From contig NW_021832560.1 in assembly GCF_006345805.1 (NCBI RefSeq), forward strand, positions 1 through 60,662: DNA of 60,662 bases, given 5' to 3'. The translations under genes and the position numbers were made by a program. Source of the stretch: Octopus sinensis. Its lineage: Eukaryota. This document shows positions 25,700-38,499 of this stretch, one piece after another. Below the pieces are notes generated by a model, which saw only the letters and a list, made by a program, of their open reading frames with translations, was not told the DNA's origin and made no database searches. Positions within the stretch are counted from its first letter, which is position 1, and each line of letters starts with the position of its first letter.

Positions 25700-26073
25700 G
25701 GGAAGCACTCCGTCGGTTACGACGATGAGGGTTCCGGCTGATCCGAATCAACGGAACAGCCTACTCGTGAAATTAACGTGTAAGTGGCTGAGCACTCCAC
25801 AGACACGTGTACCCTTAACGTAGTTCTCGGGGATATTCAGCGTGACATAGAGTGTGACAAGGCTGGCCCTTTGAAATACAGGTACAACAGAAACAGGAAG
25901 TAAGAGTGAGAGAAAGTTGTGGTGAAAGAGTACAGCAGGGATCACCACCGGAGCCTCGTGGAGCTTTTAGGTGTTTTCGCTCAATAAACACTCACAACGC
26001 CCGGTCTGGGAATCGAAACCGCGATCCTATGACCGCGAGTCCGCTGCCCTAACCACTTGGCCATTGCCTCGAC
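25700..26073 (-). mobile_element. SINE with family 3 head and distinct tail, flanked by a 12-bp TSD
   Basis: gagcccgataat at 25688-25699 and 26074-26085; tRNA-like head on the minus strand. Confidence 0.85.
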
Positions 26074-26224
26074 GAGCCCGATAATATTTAGGAATGAGAC
26101 AACAGCGCTGTTGTTGATAATATCTATAATCTTATTCTGCTTGTCATGGTAAGTGTTCGAGTGTTAAGCTATCGACGACCCTAACTATGGGAAGAAATTG
26201 AAACGATCCAAGCCTTTGTCTTAA

Positions 26225-26440
26225 TCCTTTCTACTGTAGGCACGTGACCAGAAATTTGTGGGGAGAGGGAGCTAGATCATTACAGCGATCACAGTATACA
26301 ACTGGTACTTATTTTATCGATCCCGAAAGGATGAAAGGCAAAGTTGACCTCAGCGGGATTTGAACTCAGAACAAAAAGATTAAAGAAATGCTTAGCGGCA
26401 TTTCGTCCAACGTACTAGCGATTCTCCCAAATCGCCTTCT
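26225..26440 (-). mobile_element. SINE family 2
   Basis: Family motifs on the minus strand. Confidence 0.8.
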
Positions 26441-26456
26441 TTGTCGTAATAAAAGC

Positions 26457-26700
26457 AAGTACCAGTGTTACGCTCAGGACAATGTGAATTATGGAACGCA
26501 ATCAAAGACATGATGTAAATCTTAGAGAAATTAATAAGTTCCAGTGTTATGCGCTGAACGATGTTAACTATGGAACGCAATCAAAGTCATAATCTTAATT
26601 TGTTTCTTAAAGTAACAAGTTCCAGTATTAAGCTCAGAGAAACGTTAACTATGGAAGGACATCGAAGATGTAAATTGAAATCTGCACTATAATGAAATAC
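26457..26700. repeat. Degenerate ~80-bp tandem repeat x3
   Basis: aagt(a/t)ccagt.tt...gttaactatggaa recurs at ~26457, 26537 and 26618. Confidence 0.7.
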
Positions 26701-27244
26701 TGATATGAAGGTTTTTGAATGTAAATGTATCAATCGGAAATAAGAACAAATATAAAGAGTGAAACTTCCCCGGGTCTTGCTACTGATAACAATCATAAGA
26801 GTTTCTAGTGTTGACACAGTGACTCATATCTTGAGGGGAGAAGAAATATATTCAATTACATCAAACTCAATACTCGACAGGTTCCTATTCTATCAACGCC
26901 GGTAGGCTAAAAGGAAAAGTTGACCTGAAACGTAAAATGACATAAATACCGTAAGGTGTTTTTGTCCGGCAATTTTCTTGAGATTTATTAAAGTTCCTAA
27001 CAGACTATAAAACCGACTGAACAACTAAAATGTCAAGATTTATTTGTTCAAATCAATACAGTATTAAACATTTGTCTTAAATGCAAGTGTGAGTACATAT
27101 GTACTAAATGTTCAGGCACAAGGAAATGCTTAAGAGGTTCAAAATACAATCACGCAGTCTCGAGATTTCAATCCCTCTGGGCAGACATCTGAGTATATAC
27201 AAGTGTGAGTACATACATACATATATATGTATATGTATATATAT

Positions 27245-27321
<77 letters not shown>

Positions 27322-27386
27322 TATAATATTAGGGAGCATATCCAAACTTACAGGGAAAAATTAGATTTAGGATTAAATCAAATTTC

Positions 27387-27458
27387 ACATTAAATTAGAG
27401 ATAAAACCACTATCACTGTTTGAGTGGCCTAATAGTGGTTTTATCTCTAATTTAATGT
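27387..27458. repeat. Perfect 27-bp hairpin next to (TA)n
   Basis: acattaaattagagataaaaccactat / atagtggttttatctctaatttaatgt. Confidence 0.9.
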
Positions 27459-27468
27459 ATATATATAT

Positions 27469-27499
<31 letters not shown>

Positions 27500-27500
27500 C

Positions 27501-27533
<33 letters not shown>

Positions 27534-27689
27534 CACTGAATGCTCAGACATTATTATAAGAAAGTACACTTCCGGGTCTCAAGATTCGACCCTTGAGTGC
27601 GCATTTCTATTTATTGTGGTTTTGTGAACGAATTAGGGAAGACGGCAGCCGAGAGGAAGTCATACATATAATTGCATATATAATCAAAA

Positions 27690-28200
27690 GGGTTCAGATA
27701 TATGTCGCTGTTTGGCTCTGGAGGTCGAGTGTGCGTCTGGCGCTGAATAGGAGAATAATTTCAACCAGATCGTGGAGACGAAATTGTCATGAACATGACA
27801 ATTAGACCAATAATTGGTCGTGATTACGTCGTGGTCTGGGAATTCGTATCTGGTAAAAGGGTCGACGTCAGAAATTAAATCAAGCGCATCATTAACGTAC
27901 AACTTATCAAGAGATTTTGGAGAAAACTGTATTTTAATATGCCAATAGTCGTTTGGATGGTCATGGCGGAAGAGGCATTGGCCATGAACGTTTGATGGCG
28001 CTCCGAGACGCTGAGCTTGATGTCATTAATGTTCCGTTTAAACTGTTGAGGCCAACACCTTCAGGAAAGACATGAACAGAAAGAGGATTCCATGGAACCA
28101 ATGTTCTGAGGAGAAAACCCAGAGCATTAGTTAGTATGGGTCCGAGTATGTATTGGATGCATCGAGAGTGGTAAGGGGTGAAAAGCGGGAGTGGATGCAT
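27690..28200 (-). mobile_element. Decayed L1/Tx1-like APE endonuclease fragment
   Basis: Minus frame CLFRHDHPNDYWH...SLDKLYVN...FPDHDVIT resembles the APE motifs FR..HP, LDR.YV and SDH. Confidence 0.45.
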
Positions 28201-28339
28201 GAGTTATGGAGTTAAAGAAACTCGCATGCTCTGAGAAGTGGAGGCCATCGTAATAAAGTAATAACAAACACCAGATATGCATATGGCCTATCAGTCCAAA
28301 AGTTCAGTCCATACCCTCGCCTTATATCTATTTTTGCTG

Positions 28340-28502
28340 GCAGATCCTCAGTCCATCACCGATTTGCAAGGCCTGTCGCGTGCTCACTTTTGCTGGCTAA
28401 CTGGACAAGCGCAACGTGAAATAAAGTGTTTTGTTCAAGAACACACTGAATCGAACCGTAATCTCACGACCATGAGCGCAGCCTTCTAACCACTAAGCCA
28501 CG
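28340..28502 (-). mobile_element. SINE family 4-like fragment
   Basis: gcaacgtgaaataaagtg...gaatcgaacc...ctaaccactaagcca. Confidence 0.7.
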
Positions 28503-29562
28503 AATCTTCACACAGGTTAACATAGTAGTAACAGAAAAGGCAGAGAGAGAGAGAGAGGTGGGGAGATTGAGGGTCAGAGGCTGGAGTGAATCTATTGGTC
28601 ATTGAATTTCAACGAAGCATTGAACAGGGATATTCAAGGAAATCAAGGAATCAAGAGTGCTGTTGTAGTAAGCACAATCCGCAGATATAAATCTGATACA
28701 AAACTGAGTGAAAGGGGTCGATATAATGATGTGAAGGAAAAAAATGAACAAAAGCAGTTAGATAGTATGATTTATGTTGCATTAAAACAGTAACAATAAA
28801 ACTGGGTAGGAACTAACTAGTTATAAAAATTACAAATCCAGAGTCACGTAGATAGGATTCGATTTTGAGGAAGTTTAGGATCCAAGGACAAGTAATTCCG
28901 CATGGTTTTATTCTTCACAATCATTATGTTGACAATTATATATTCCAAATTGTTTGAAAAAAAACAAAATTTGGCGTAAATGTTCTTAAATCAAGTGACG
29001 TTTATCTCTGAGGCATTCATGAAACTGTCCATAATTGCATAAGGCAAGTTTAAACATTTTCGTGAGTAAACTTACAACCTTGTAAAGGAACCAATGAAAA
29101 AAAATGTTTTTCTTTCTGTTCAATTAAAGCTTGAATCGGAAGTGATTAAACAACCGGAAGTAATTACTGTTTAATCAGTAGTATTGTCATGTTGTTCAAT
29201 TAAGTGACACTGTATGCTTATACGCATGTGTTCTTGTGTGCTTGTGTGTGTGTGCGTGTGTGCGTGTGTTTCTCTTTTTTCGGGAGTGATAGAATATAAA
29301 ATGTTCTGTAAACGGAAGGAGCAGAAAATAAATAGATGATATAAAACGAACCAAAGTAGATATATTACAACATAATACATACACAGACACTCACGTACAA
29401 TACACACACTCATTCATAAATTTTACACACATATACACACATATGTATGAATGTATGTATGTATACTGAGAAATGTCGAGGAGAAAAATAAAAAGAGAGA
29501 GCGAAGGGTAAAAAAAGAGAGAGAGAAATATATAAAAAAAGAGAGAGAGAAAGGTAAAAAAG

Positions 29563-29598
<36 letters not shown>

Positions 29599-29627
29599 TG
29601 CAAAATGGTATTGTTTCCTAACGGTAG

Positions 29628-29731
29628 TCACGTAATATCCACTACATTAAACGGCCAGTTACATTCTAACCACGACGAGGCGAAACTGAATAGTGTCAGA
29701 ACGGTGACAACCTTTCAAGCATTTACTACAG
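29628..29731 (+). CDS. Candidate exon (phase 2-1, 104 nt)
   Basis: gtttcctaacggtag| acceptor, acag|gtactg donor; single open frame HVISTTLNGQLHSNHDEAKLNSVRTVTTFQAFTT. Confidence 0.3.
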
Positions 29732-30399
29732 GTACTGAGTATTAGTACGTGTCTAACTCGTAATGCACGCACATTCGTACGCGCACACATATACACGTAC
29801 ATACATACATACATACATACATACATACATACATACATACATACATACATGTGTGTGTGTGTGTGTGTATAAAAACTCATACAAATATATTCTCATTATA
29901 CACACAACAATGAAAACGGCCGGAGATATAACGAAGTTCGTAACTGTTAGTACGTGATTAATTAGAATTAAAAGGCGTACAAACACGCAAACGTATACAC
30001 ATGAATGCCTACACACGCAACGTATGTATGTATATATGTACGAGCATGTGTGTTGTGTGTATGTATGTATGTATATAGATACACATACACACACATTTGT
30101 GCACATGAACGCACATAACTATACAGCAAGAGAAACGGCGAGACATATTAATGTTATAACGGTCAAAAAGACCGGCTATCGATATATACATAGTTGGATG
30201 GTTTTAGACATTGGATAGCTTTTATCGTCTAGGTTCGATTGATTCTCGGTTGTTATTTCGTGAAAATTTGTGGAACAAATTATCGACCCAGTCAACGTAA
30301 TGCTAATTTTGACAGTATTTAATTTCATTCATTCACATCACGAGTTCAAACCCCTCTGCAGTTAGTGTTCCTTTGATAATTCTCCGGAGTGAATCTAAT

Positions 30400-32050
30400 A
30401 TACTAAAGCAAAAATTTAAGTTGAATTAGTTACGCTTCTAATTTTATACAAAACTCTGCTTGTCTCCAAGAAGAAAGAGATTAAGATTCTTAATATTTCT
30501 AATTCTAATTTCCATCGCAGCTTACATGATGTCTAACTTATTAAAAGTGAACATTTCGGGTATCCAGTCTTTCCTACAATACACTCTCACGATATTTGGT
30601 CTACTTCCAGAATAGGAACCAAAATTCTATCTGTTTTAGCAATGGAAGTTTCGAAGTTGTACAATAAATGACTTGATTTCAGACTGTGTATAAACTGAAG
30701 CAAATAAATTGAGGAAGCACCATTTCAAGCTTTTAGAAATACACAAAATCTGTCTAAATTAAAATTCTCTTTATATTATGAAGTACCAAAGTTTGCGTTG
30801 CGCAGCTGCGCGTTAGTCAGAAGCGCAGTTATACTACAATATAATTTTCTTTCCTTTTTAGCCATTCACGGTTTTAATTAGTTTCAGAAAAAAACATTTT
30901 ATCGATCTTTTAAGAGGGCAAGCGAAACAGACCATACCACTATTGGCATTAGATCTATTAATTTTATTTGAAGACCACGTACTTGCTGTCTCGATTGCTT
31001 ACTGCATTCCTTACTTTATATATTCTGTATAGCTAACTACTCCTTAATCTCGAATACCCAGAATATAGAAATCTTTCCGATATTCCTTATCAAAGAATGT
31101 GGATCTTTTCGGTTTGAACGGCAGCTTTTTCTAGCGGCGTCATATGAAATTGTCACCCATAATTATGACCCTAGAATCGATCTATTGCATTTCAATCTCT
31201 TTTAGGGTTAGGATTAGCTAGGGTTAGGGTTAGGGGTGGGGGAAGGGTATCTTTTTTTCTTCACAAATGTAAATAAACCCAATCTGTTTTTTAAACGAGG
31301 GACATATTCATACGGCACAGAATGCTTTTTAACTCAATAGACGTCACTGATTGGTTGAAATTGCAAAAATTGAAGAAAAAGAAACAACAAATATCTTACA
31401 AACTATAGAATTTTCTCAATAAAATCAAGAGAAAAAGATGTTTTAAAAACACATTCTACGAGAATACGAAATTAAAAATTTTTTAGTTACCTAGAAATTA
31501 TGTTAAAAACTGCCGTTCAAACCGAAAAGATCCAAGAATGTAGTTATTCACTGTATAGTCGCTGGCTTCAAATAATTCTTTTCTAACAAGCTTGCTCTTC
31601 TATATTCCTCTAAAGTGTTTCTCTGCTTCACATCAAAAACGACACAAAGTTATTATTTATGGTTATATAAGACAGATGTCTGCTCAATTCTCAAAATTCT
31701 GTAAATATACATCTCTAAGTATACTTTCCATAATAATTTTCTAATTTTCTCCAATAACTTTCAATTAATTTTCTTCGTATTTTCCCGGCATCACATTTAC
31801 TTAAATTTCCAAATTCCAGATTTCATTTCAATGGTTTCATTAAACCTAAAAATTTGTTTGAATTAAAGGGATACTCTGATATATATGCTTTACAATTCTG
31901 TTTCGAGCGATCCATAAATAGAATATTATCGATTTAATTTGCCCGAATTTGATTACATAACAACTCCTTTCCTTCCATTATGGTTGCAATGTTAGTTATT
32001 ATCGAACATAGAGCGAAGCGCAAATTGAACGAGTTATGATCGTTGAATTT
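30400..32050 (-). mobile_element. Heavily decayed L1/Tx1-like LINE ORF2 (EN to RT start), interrupted by a MITE
   Basis: Minus-strand fragments IDNILF, CDAGK, KDWIP and DKQSFV occur in the order expected for EN, linker and RT; many stops and frameshifts. Confidence 0.4.
31101..31533. mobile_element. MITE with ~29-bp TIRs, 8-bp TSD and an internal TTAGGG/G-rich tract
   Basis: TIR ggatcttttcggtttgaacggcag / ctgccgttcaaaccgaaaagatcc; TSD aagaatgt at 31093-31100 and 31534-31541. Confidence 0.92.
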
Positions 32051-32855
32051 CTTGTGACAATAATAAAAACTAATTAATGCCATGCACCAATATAGGATCC
32101 TTTATGTTAGAAGTTATGAAAACGACAAATACCAGCAGCCCCCAGCCACCCAAAATTTTTTTTGGGGGGTACTCTCTTTCTTTATTACTAAGATCACAAA
32201 ATGCATTATACATCCACATAATTCTTCTTTCACTCAGGGATTGGACAAGTTTAAAAAGTCGGAAACCATCTAAATTGTGTTAAACAAAGCAGTCTCCCGC
32301 TGCTGCCTTTTCAATCCTTGGAGGTCTTTTCAAATGAGTGGAGCTGGACTCATTTAAGTAATCGTTCGATTTACAAGAAAACGTAGCTAAATATTTCAAA
32401 TTATACCTTACCATTGTTAAAAAAGAATGTAAGTGTTGGCTAATGTAGTAAATATAACAGTTTCAATCCATATCTTGCAGATCTAGAAGGCCTCTCCATA
32501 AAAAGGTACTTGAGTAACTTCGCGCTGGGGACCACCATCTTATCAGGTCAGGTATTTTGAGCTCCAGGGTCCGTGTGAAAGTGAAAGATTCAATCGAGCA
32601 ATATGAGAGATGCAGCGGTTAAGTTCAACTGATACCGGAGCAAGCACTACATAAGCTGGATTCTCAGTTTTTGTTGGATGCTTAGAGCGCCGAACTCTAG
32701 TTTAAATACAGTTCCTTGGTTAGTGGTAGCAGGACCACGACAAGCAGGCATGGAAGGTGACTTGCTCATTTGTTCATTAAAGGAGATCAGTTTACTTGCA
32801 GCCTATGTAGCTGCTTTATAGAGCAGTGAGAGCTAGCTAATCCATAGCAGTCCAC

Positions 32856-33625
32856 GGCGAGCTGGCAGAATCGTTAGCACGCCGGGCGAAATGCGTAGCT
32901 GTATTTCGTCTGCCGTTACGTTCTGAGTTCAAATTCCGCCGAGGTCGACTTTGCCTTTCATCCTTTCGGGGTCAATAAATTAAGTGCCAGTTACGCACTG
33001 GGGTCGAGCTAATCGCCTTAATCCGTTTGTCTGTCCCTGTTTGTCCTCTCTGTGTTTAGCCCCTTGTGGGTAATAAAGAAATATGTATTTCGTCTGCCGT
33101 TACGTTCTGAGTTCAAATTCCGCCGATCTCGACTTTGCCTTTCATCCTTTCGGGGTCGATAAATTAAGTACCAGTTACGCACTGGGGTCGATCTAATTGC
33201 CTTAATCCGTTTGTCTGTCCTTGTTTGTCCTCTCTGTGTTTAGCCCCTTGTGGGTAGTAAAGAAATAGGTATTTTGTCTGCCGCTACGTTCTGAGTTCAA
33301 ATTCCGCCGAGGTCGACTTTGCCTTTCATCCTTTCGGGGTTCGATAAATTAAGTACCAGTTACGCACTGGGGTCGATATAATCGCCTTAATCCGTTTGTC
33401 TGTCCCTGTTTGTCCTCTCTGTGTTTAGCCCCTTGTGGGTAGTAAAGAAATAGGTATTTCGTTCTGAGTTCAAATTCAGCCGAGGTCGACTTTGCCTTTC
33501 ATCCTTTCGGGGTCGATAAATTAAGTACCAGTTACGCACTGGGGTCGATCTAATCGCCTTAATCCGTTTGTCTGTCCTTGTTTGTCCCCTCCGTTTTTAG
33601 CCCCTCGTGGGTAGTAAAGAAATAG
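32856..33625 (+). mobile_element. SINE family 2 concatemer (head plus 4 x ~184-bp units)
   Basis: Units restart at ...aagaaata(g)gtattt(c/t)gtc near 32902, 33087, 33270 and 33455. Confidence 0.92.
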
Positions 33626-34367
33626 ATATGGTCACGACTGGATCCCCTTCTGCTCACATATGCAAACTAAAGAATAACACGATAGCAAATCATCAAAATA
33701 AAATGCTTGTTTTCTTTTCTAGTAAGTGATCTTGTTTTATCAGAAAGTATCAATTTCCTTATGCTTTCTTTTGCTCCTATTATCTTAAAACATTCTATTT
33801 TGTTAGAAACGAGAAATCAGCACTTTATTATCGATCCATGCTATTGTGACGTTTTTATTACGCTTTTTATAATTCTGGTGTATTAATTGATTTATCTTGT
33901 CCTTGTTTCCGCTGTTGTTTCTACGAAACAGCTTCTCTGATTGCAATTTAATCTAGACGTCTAGATATTTATTAATTAATACTATTTATTAATACTTCCC
34001 GCTGTGCCTCTTGGGAAGAATTTCAACATCAGCGTTGTCAAGAACATTTACTAGCCGAAAATTATCTAATGAGTTGCTTTTGTTTCGGTCTTTCCAATAT
34101 AAAACTGTCTAAGTGTGTGTGTTCTGCACATTTTCAATGGTTTCCGAACTCATATTGTATGATGACATTTCAAAGAAAGTCAAAAGTGAGTTTTCGCCGG
34201 TTAATATACTCATGTTTGAAATACTTCCAAAAATATAATTTCTATTCGAAACTACAAATTAACTGCTTTTGATAAATAAATAAAAAAATGCTTATTTAAT
34301 TATTCAGTGATTATTTTATACCAAGAAGATAGATTTTTGTTTGTAAATATTTCACAAACATACATAG

Positions 34368-34515
34368 TTTGCTACAATGCAAGTTCCATCGCTCCTGGAT
34401 GGGATTTGGGGCCGGTCGTCTCGCCTGTCTATTTTAACGTCCAGTGTTTTGAGGGAGTCATCCCCACCGCAATAAATCGTAGGCTACCGGCAATCAAGCA
34501 CGGCATGTTCATTGA
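34368..34515 (+). CDS. Candidate exon (phase 1-2, 148 nt)
   Basis: GC-richer island; catacatag| acceptor, ga|gtacgt donor; single open frame CYNASSIAPGWDLGPVVSPVYFNVQCFEGVIPTAINRRLPAIKHGMFI. Confidence 0.4.
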
Positions 34516-34542
34516 GTACGTGTGGTCAGTAACACACACACA

Positions 34543-34594
<52 letters not shown>

Positions 34595-34907
34595 GCACGT
34601 ACACATATGTACGTATGTATATAGCATTTTGATAATAATGTTAGTGATAAACTTATATAAACACGCTGTAGAATAACAAATGAATTAATTAGCGAACTTT
34701 ATTCGTTTAATTATTTCATGATCTCAAAGGGATTCACCGTCATTTCATTTCACGCTTTGAAGCCATCATTACTCATATGAATGATTAAGGAATCGACAAT
34801 TAATTCCACTTAGCTTTTTAATGCTCTTTGCATTAAATACATCAATATTATCTGAACTATTATTTGCCAGGTGTGCGGCGTTTCCCAACTGTTTATTCTC
34901 GATGCAG

Positions 34908-34970
34908 TTCTGTATTCCAAAGTCAACCAGAACACAATATTATACACTTATTTACAGAATCTTTCTTCAG
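34908..34970 (+). CDS. Candidate exon (63 nt)
   Basis: ttattctcgatgcag| acceptor, cag|gtatag donor; the phase-2 frame SVFQSQPEHNIIHLFTESFF is compatible with the 34368 exon. Confidence 0.3.
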
Positions 34971-35180
34971 GTATAGTAAAGGCAATGTTTTTCTACTAAG
35001 GCCATGAAATCCAAACGTATTTGGAATTGTCCTCCTCTCCTTGCTGAAAAATGGAAAAATTAGTCATCAACCAATGTGTTTTTTTTTTCTTTATCGTATA
35101 ATTATTTCTTGTTAGTGATTTCATGCTCCCCAAATTAACCCTAAATTAATCGTGTTTTCAAGCCCTTCTGACTCCCACAG

Positions 35181-35282
35181 ATCACAAGAGTATTCTTAAG
35201 CTATGATCAATCGCTAGTACTGAAGGAAATAAAATGGCGAGAATGCATTAATATGCACAGCGCAAGGAATGAAGAAAAAAAG
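35181..35282 (+). CDS. Candidate exon (phase 0-0, 102 nt)
   Basis: ccttctgactcccacag| acceptor, aag|gtatcc donor; ITRVFLSYDQSLVLKEIKWRECINMHSARNEEKK. Confidence 0.3.
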
Positions 35283-35944
35283 GTATCCTATAGGGATTAT
35301 TATAACGGAAACACAGCATTTAAATGATAACACTGGCAGTAACAGCCACGATGACGGTGAAAACAAATTCTACTCAAACATCACCGTCGAAAATCTTCAC
35401 AAAATAATTTTGGTTCTGTTACTCGTCTTGAAAGACAAGTCTTTATTGAATTAACGTAAGAATAATTGTTGTATCATGAAGGAGCAATGTATGACTGCTT
35501 ATGGCGTATGACTGTTTAATGCATACAGACAGTTGCAACAAGCATCTCTGATGAGTTATCAATATTGTTAAGTGCAATAGTCGGTACGAAACCAAGAGTA
35601 AAATTCTGATCACTTGGAAGGTATAACTTTAATATTCTATAATATTCTTTCTCTGTCGCTCTCTCTCTGTTTCTCTCTCTCTCCTCTCTCTCGCTCTCTA
35701 TCCCCTCTCTCTCTATCCCCCCTCTCTCTATCCCCTCTCTCTCTATCCTCTTTCTCTCTCTCGCGCTCTCTCTCTCTACTTTTTACTTATTACTTATTAC
35801 TTATATATTCATTCATTTTTATACTTTTTGTGATCTAGTTATATGTTTTATAAAAATATATAATATTTGTTATTTATGTTTTGGTTTATGTCTATCACTA
35901 TTTGAGTTGCATAATAGTGGTTTTATCTCTAATTTATATATATA

Positions 35945-36148
35945 TAGAGGCGCAATGGCCTAGTGGTTAGGGCAGCGGACTCGCGGTCGCAGGATCGAGT
36001 TTCGATTCTCAGACTGGGCGTTGTGTGTGTTTATGAGCGAACACTAAAAGCTCTACGAGGCCTGAAGGGTGGTGGTGATCCCTCTGTACTCTTTCACCAC
36101 AATGGCGGTGCCCCAGCATGGCCACAGCTCAAGAGCTGAAACTGGAAA
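35945..36148 (+). mobile_element. Chimeric SINE: family 3 head plus family 1-like tail
   Basis: gaggcgcaatggcctagtggttagggcagcgg...ctctttcaccacaa|tggcggtgccccagcatggccacag. Confidence 0.7.
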
Positions 36149-36184
36149 AACAAAAAAAAAACAAAAACAAATATATACATATAT

Positions 36185-37210
36185 AGGCGCAGGAGTGACT
36201 GTGTGGTAAGTAGCTTTCTACCAACCACATGGTTCCGGGTTCATTCCCACTGCGTGGCACCTTGGGCAGGTGTCTTCTACTATAGCCTCGGGCTGACCAA
36301 AGCCTTGTGAGTGGATTTGCTAGACGGAAACTGAAAGAAGCCCGTCGTATATATGTATATATATGCATGTGCGTGTATGTTTGTGTGTCTGTGTTTGTCC
36401 CCCTAGCATTGCTTGACAATCGATGCTGGTGTGTTTATGTCCCCGTTACTTAGCGGTTCGGCAAAAGACCGATAGAATAAGTACTAGGCTTACAAAAATT
36501 AAGTCCCGGGGTCGAGTTGCTCGATTAAAGGCGGTGCACCAGCATGGCCGCACTCAAAATTACTGAAACAAGTAAAAAAAATATATATATATACACACAC
36601 ATATATATATAGGCACAGGCGTAGCTGCGTATAGGAGCAGGCGTGGTCGTATGGTAAGAAGCATTGTTTCCAACCACATAGTTCTGGGTTCAGTCCCACT
36701 GCGTGGCACCTTGGGCAAGTGTCTTCTACTATAGCCTCGGGCTGACCAAAGCCTTGTGAGTGGATTTTCTAGACGGAAACTGAAAGAAGCCCGTCGTATA
36801 TATGTATATATATGCATGTGCGTGTGTATGTTTGGTGTCTGTTTTGTCCCCCTAGCATTGCTTGACAATCGATGCTGGTGTGTTTATGTCCCCGTTACTT
36901 AGCGGTTCGGCAAAAGACCGATAGAATAAGTACTGGGCTTACAAAAATTAAGTCCCGGGGTCGAGTTGCTCGATTAAAGGCGGTGCACCAGCATGGCCGC
37001 ACTCAAAATTACTGAAACAAGTAAAAAAAATATATATATATATACACACACATATATATATATAGGCACAGGCATAGCTGCGTATAGGAGCAGGCGTGGT
37101 CGTATGGTAAGAAGCATTGTTTCCAACCACATAGTTCTGGGTTCAGTCCCACTGCGTGACATCTTGGGCAACTGTTTTCTACTATAGCCTCGGGCCTGCC
37201 AATGCCTTGC
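36185..37210 (+). mobile_element. Three tandem SINE family 1 units (~450-bp period)
   Basis: Bodies of units 1 and 2 are near-identical; heads of units 2 and 3 are near-identical; unit 3 is truncated. Confidence 0.9.
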
Positions 37211-37347
37211 GAAGAACGATATCTAGTCTCCTAATAAATGCATCCATGAAATGGCCATGAAGCAGGACACATACATACATACATACATACATACATACCT
37301 ATCTATCTATATCTCACTCACTCACTCACACACACACACACACGCTC

Positions 37348-37410
<63 letters not shown>

Positions 37411-37811
37411 AGATTTTTGTAGTTATTTTCATTACATGTCGAAATCTTAAAAAAAACCCAACAATTTTAATATATCATATAGATGTAATTTTTGACGCTG
37501 AATCCGAATTTGTTATTCATTTATTCTCGAAAAATTTTGCAAAAATGTTACAGGTGTTCAAAATTTGATAATTTAAAAAATTTTTCAGCCAATCAGAAAG
37601 CAGCACATTCGCTGCTTCTTCCATCATCTGTCACAATAGCAAGAAAGCGGGATTTGTGGAGGCATGTCAATCATTAAACTAGCTACAGTATATAGTGAAA
37701 AATATTAAAAGATTCGCGAGTAAATTAAATATTTAAAATCTGCGAGCAATTGAAATAGAATTGTAGAGAGTGATGATAACCACAAAGATCCTACACACAC
37801 AGACACACACC

Positions 37812-37863
<52 letters not shown>

Positions 37864-38242
37864 ATATATATATATATATATAGTATGTATAGTAGAAATA
37901 TGTTACGAAAAGAAAATATAAAATAAAAAATATAAAATACACGTGGAAACGTAAGGGTAAAATATGAAAAATCAACAAAAATGCATATTGCAAATAGAAA
38001 AAGGCTATTTATGGCAGGTAGTGACAAATATATACATTTAGATTGACTGAGGTAGTATTACGAGTCATAAAGGTCATTATTATGAGATGATTATTAGATG
38101 ATAATAAAGTAAAAGAACAAAACGAACCAGTGGTTTACGCGAAGGCTATTCATCGTATATATATATATATATATAATATATATATATCTATTATATATAT
38201 ATACACACACCACCACACACACCACACACACAACACACATAT

Positions 38243-38299
<57 letters not shown>

Positions 38300-38499
38300 G
38301 ATGTAAAAAGTTTGCAAGATCTTGCCGTCAAACGAGAAAAAGGAAAGTATTATTTGGGATTATGTACTATTTAGAACTGAGAAAATGGCTAAAAGTCAAG
38401 TTGAGATTGTAAGGCACACACCCGATCTTACTTGTGTTGCAAAAAACCTGGACCTACGAAATACAACGCTGACCGACAGAGGTAGCGGTCATGAAATTG

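Noticed and set aside
35524-35600. CTGATGA...CGAAAC motif
   Set aside because: Stem II and stem I do not pair; consistent with chance.
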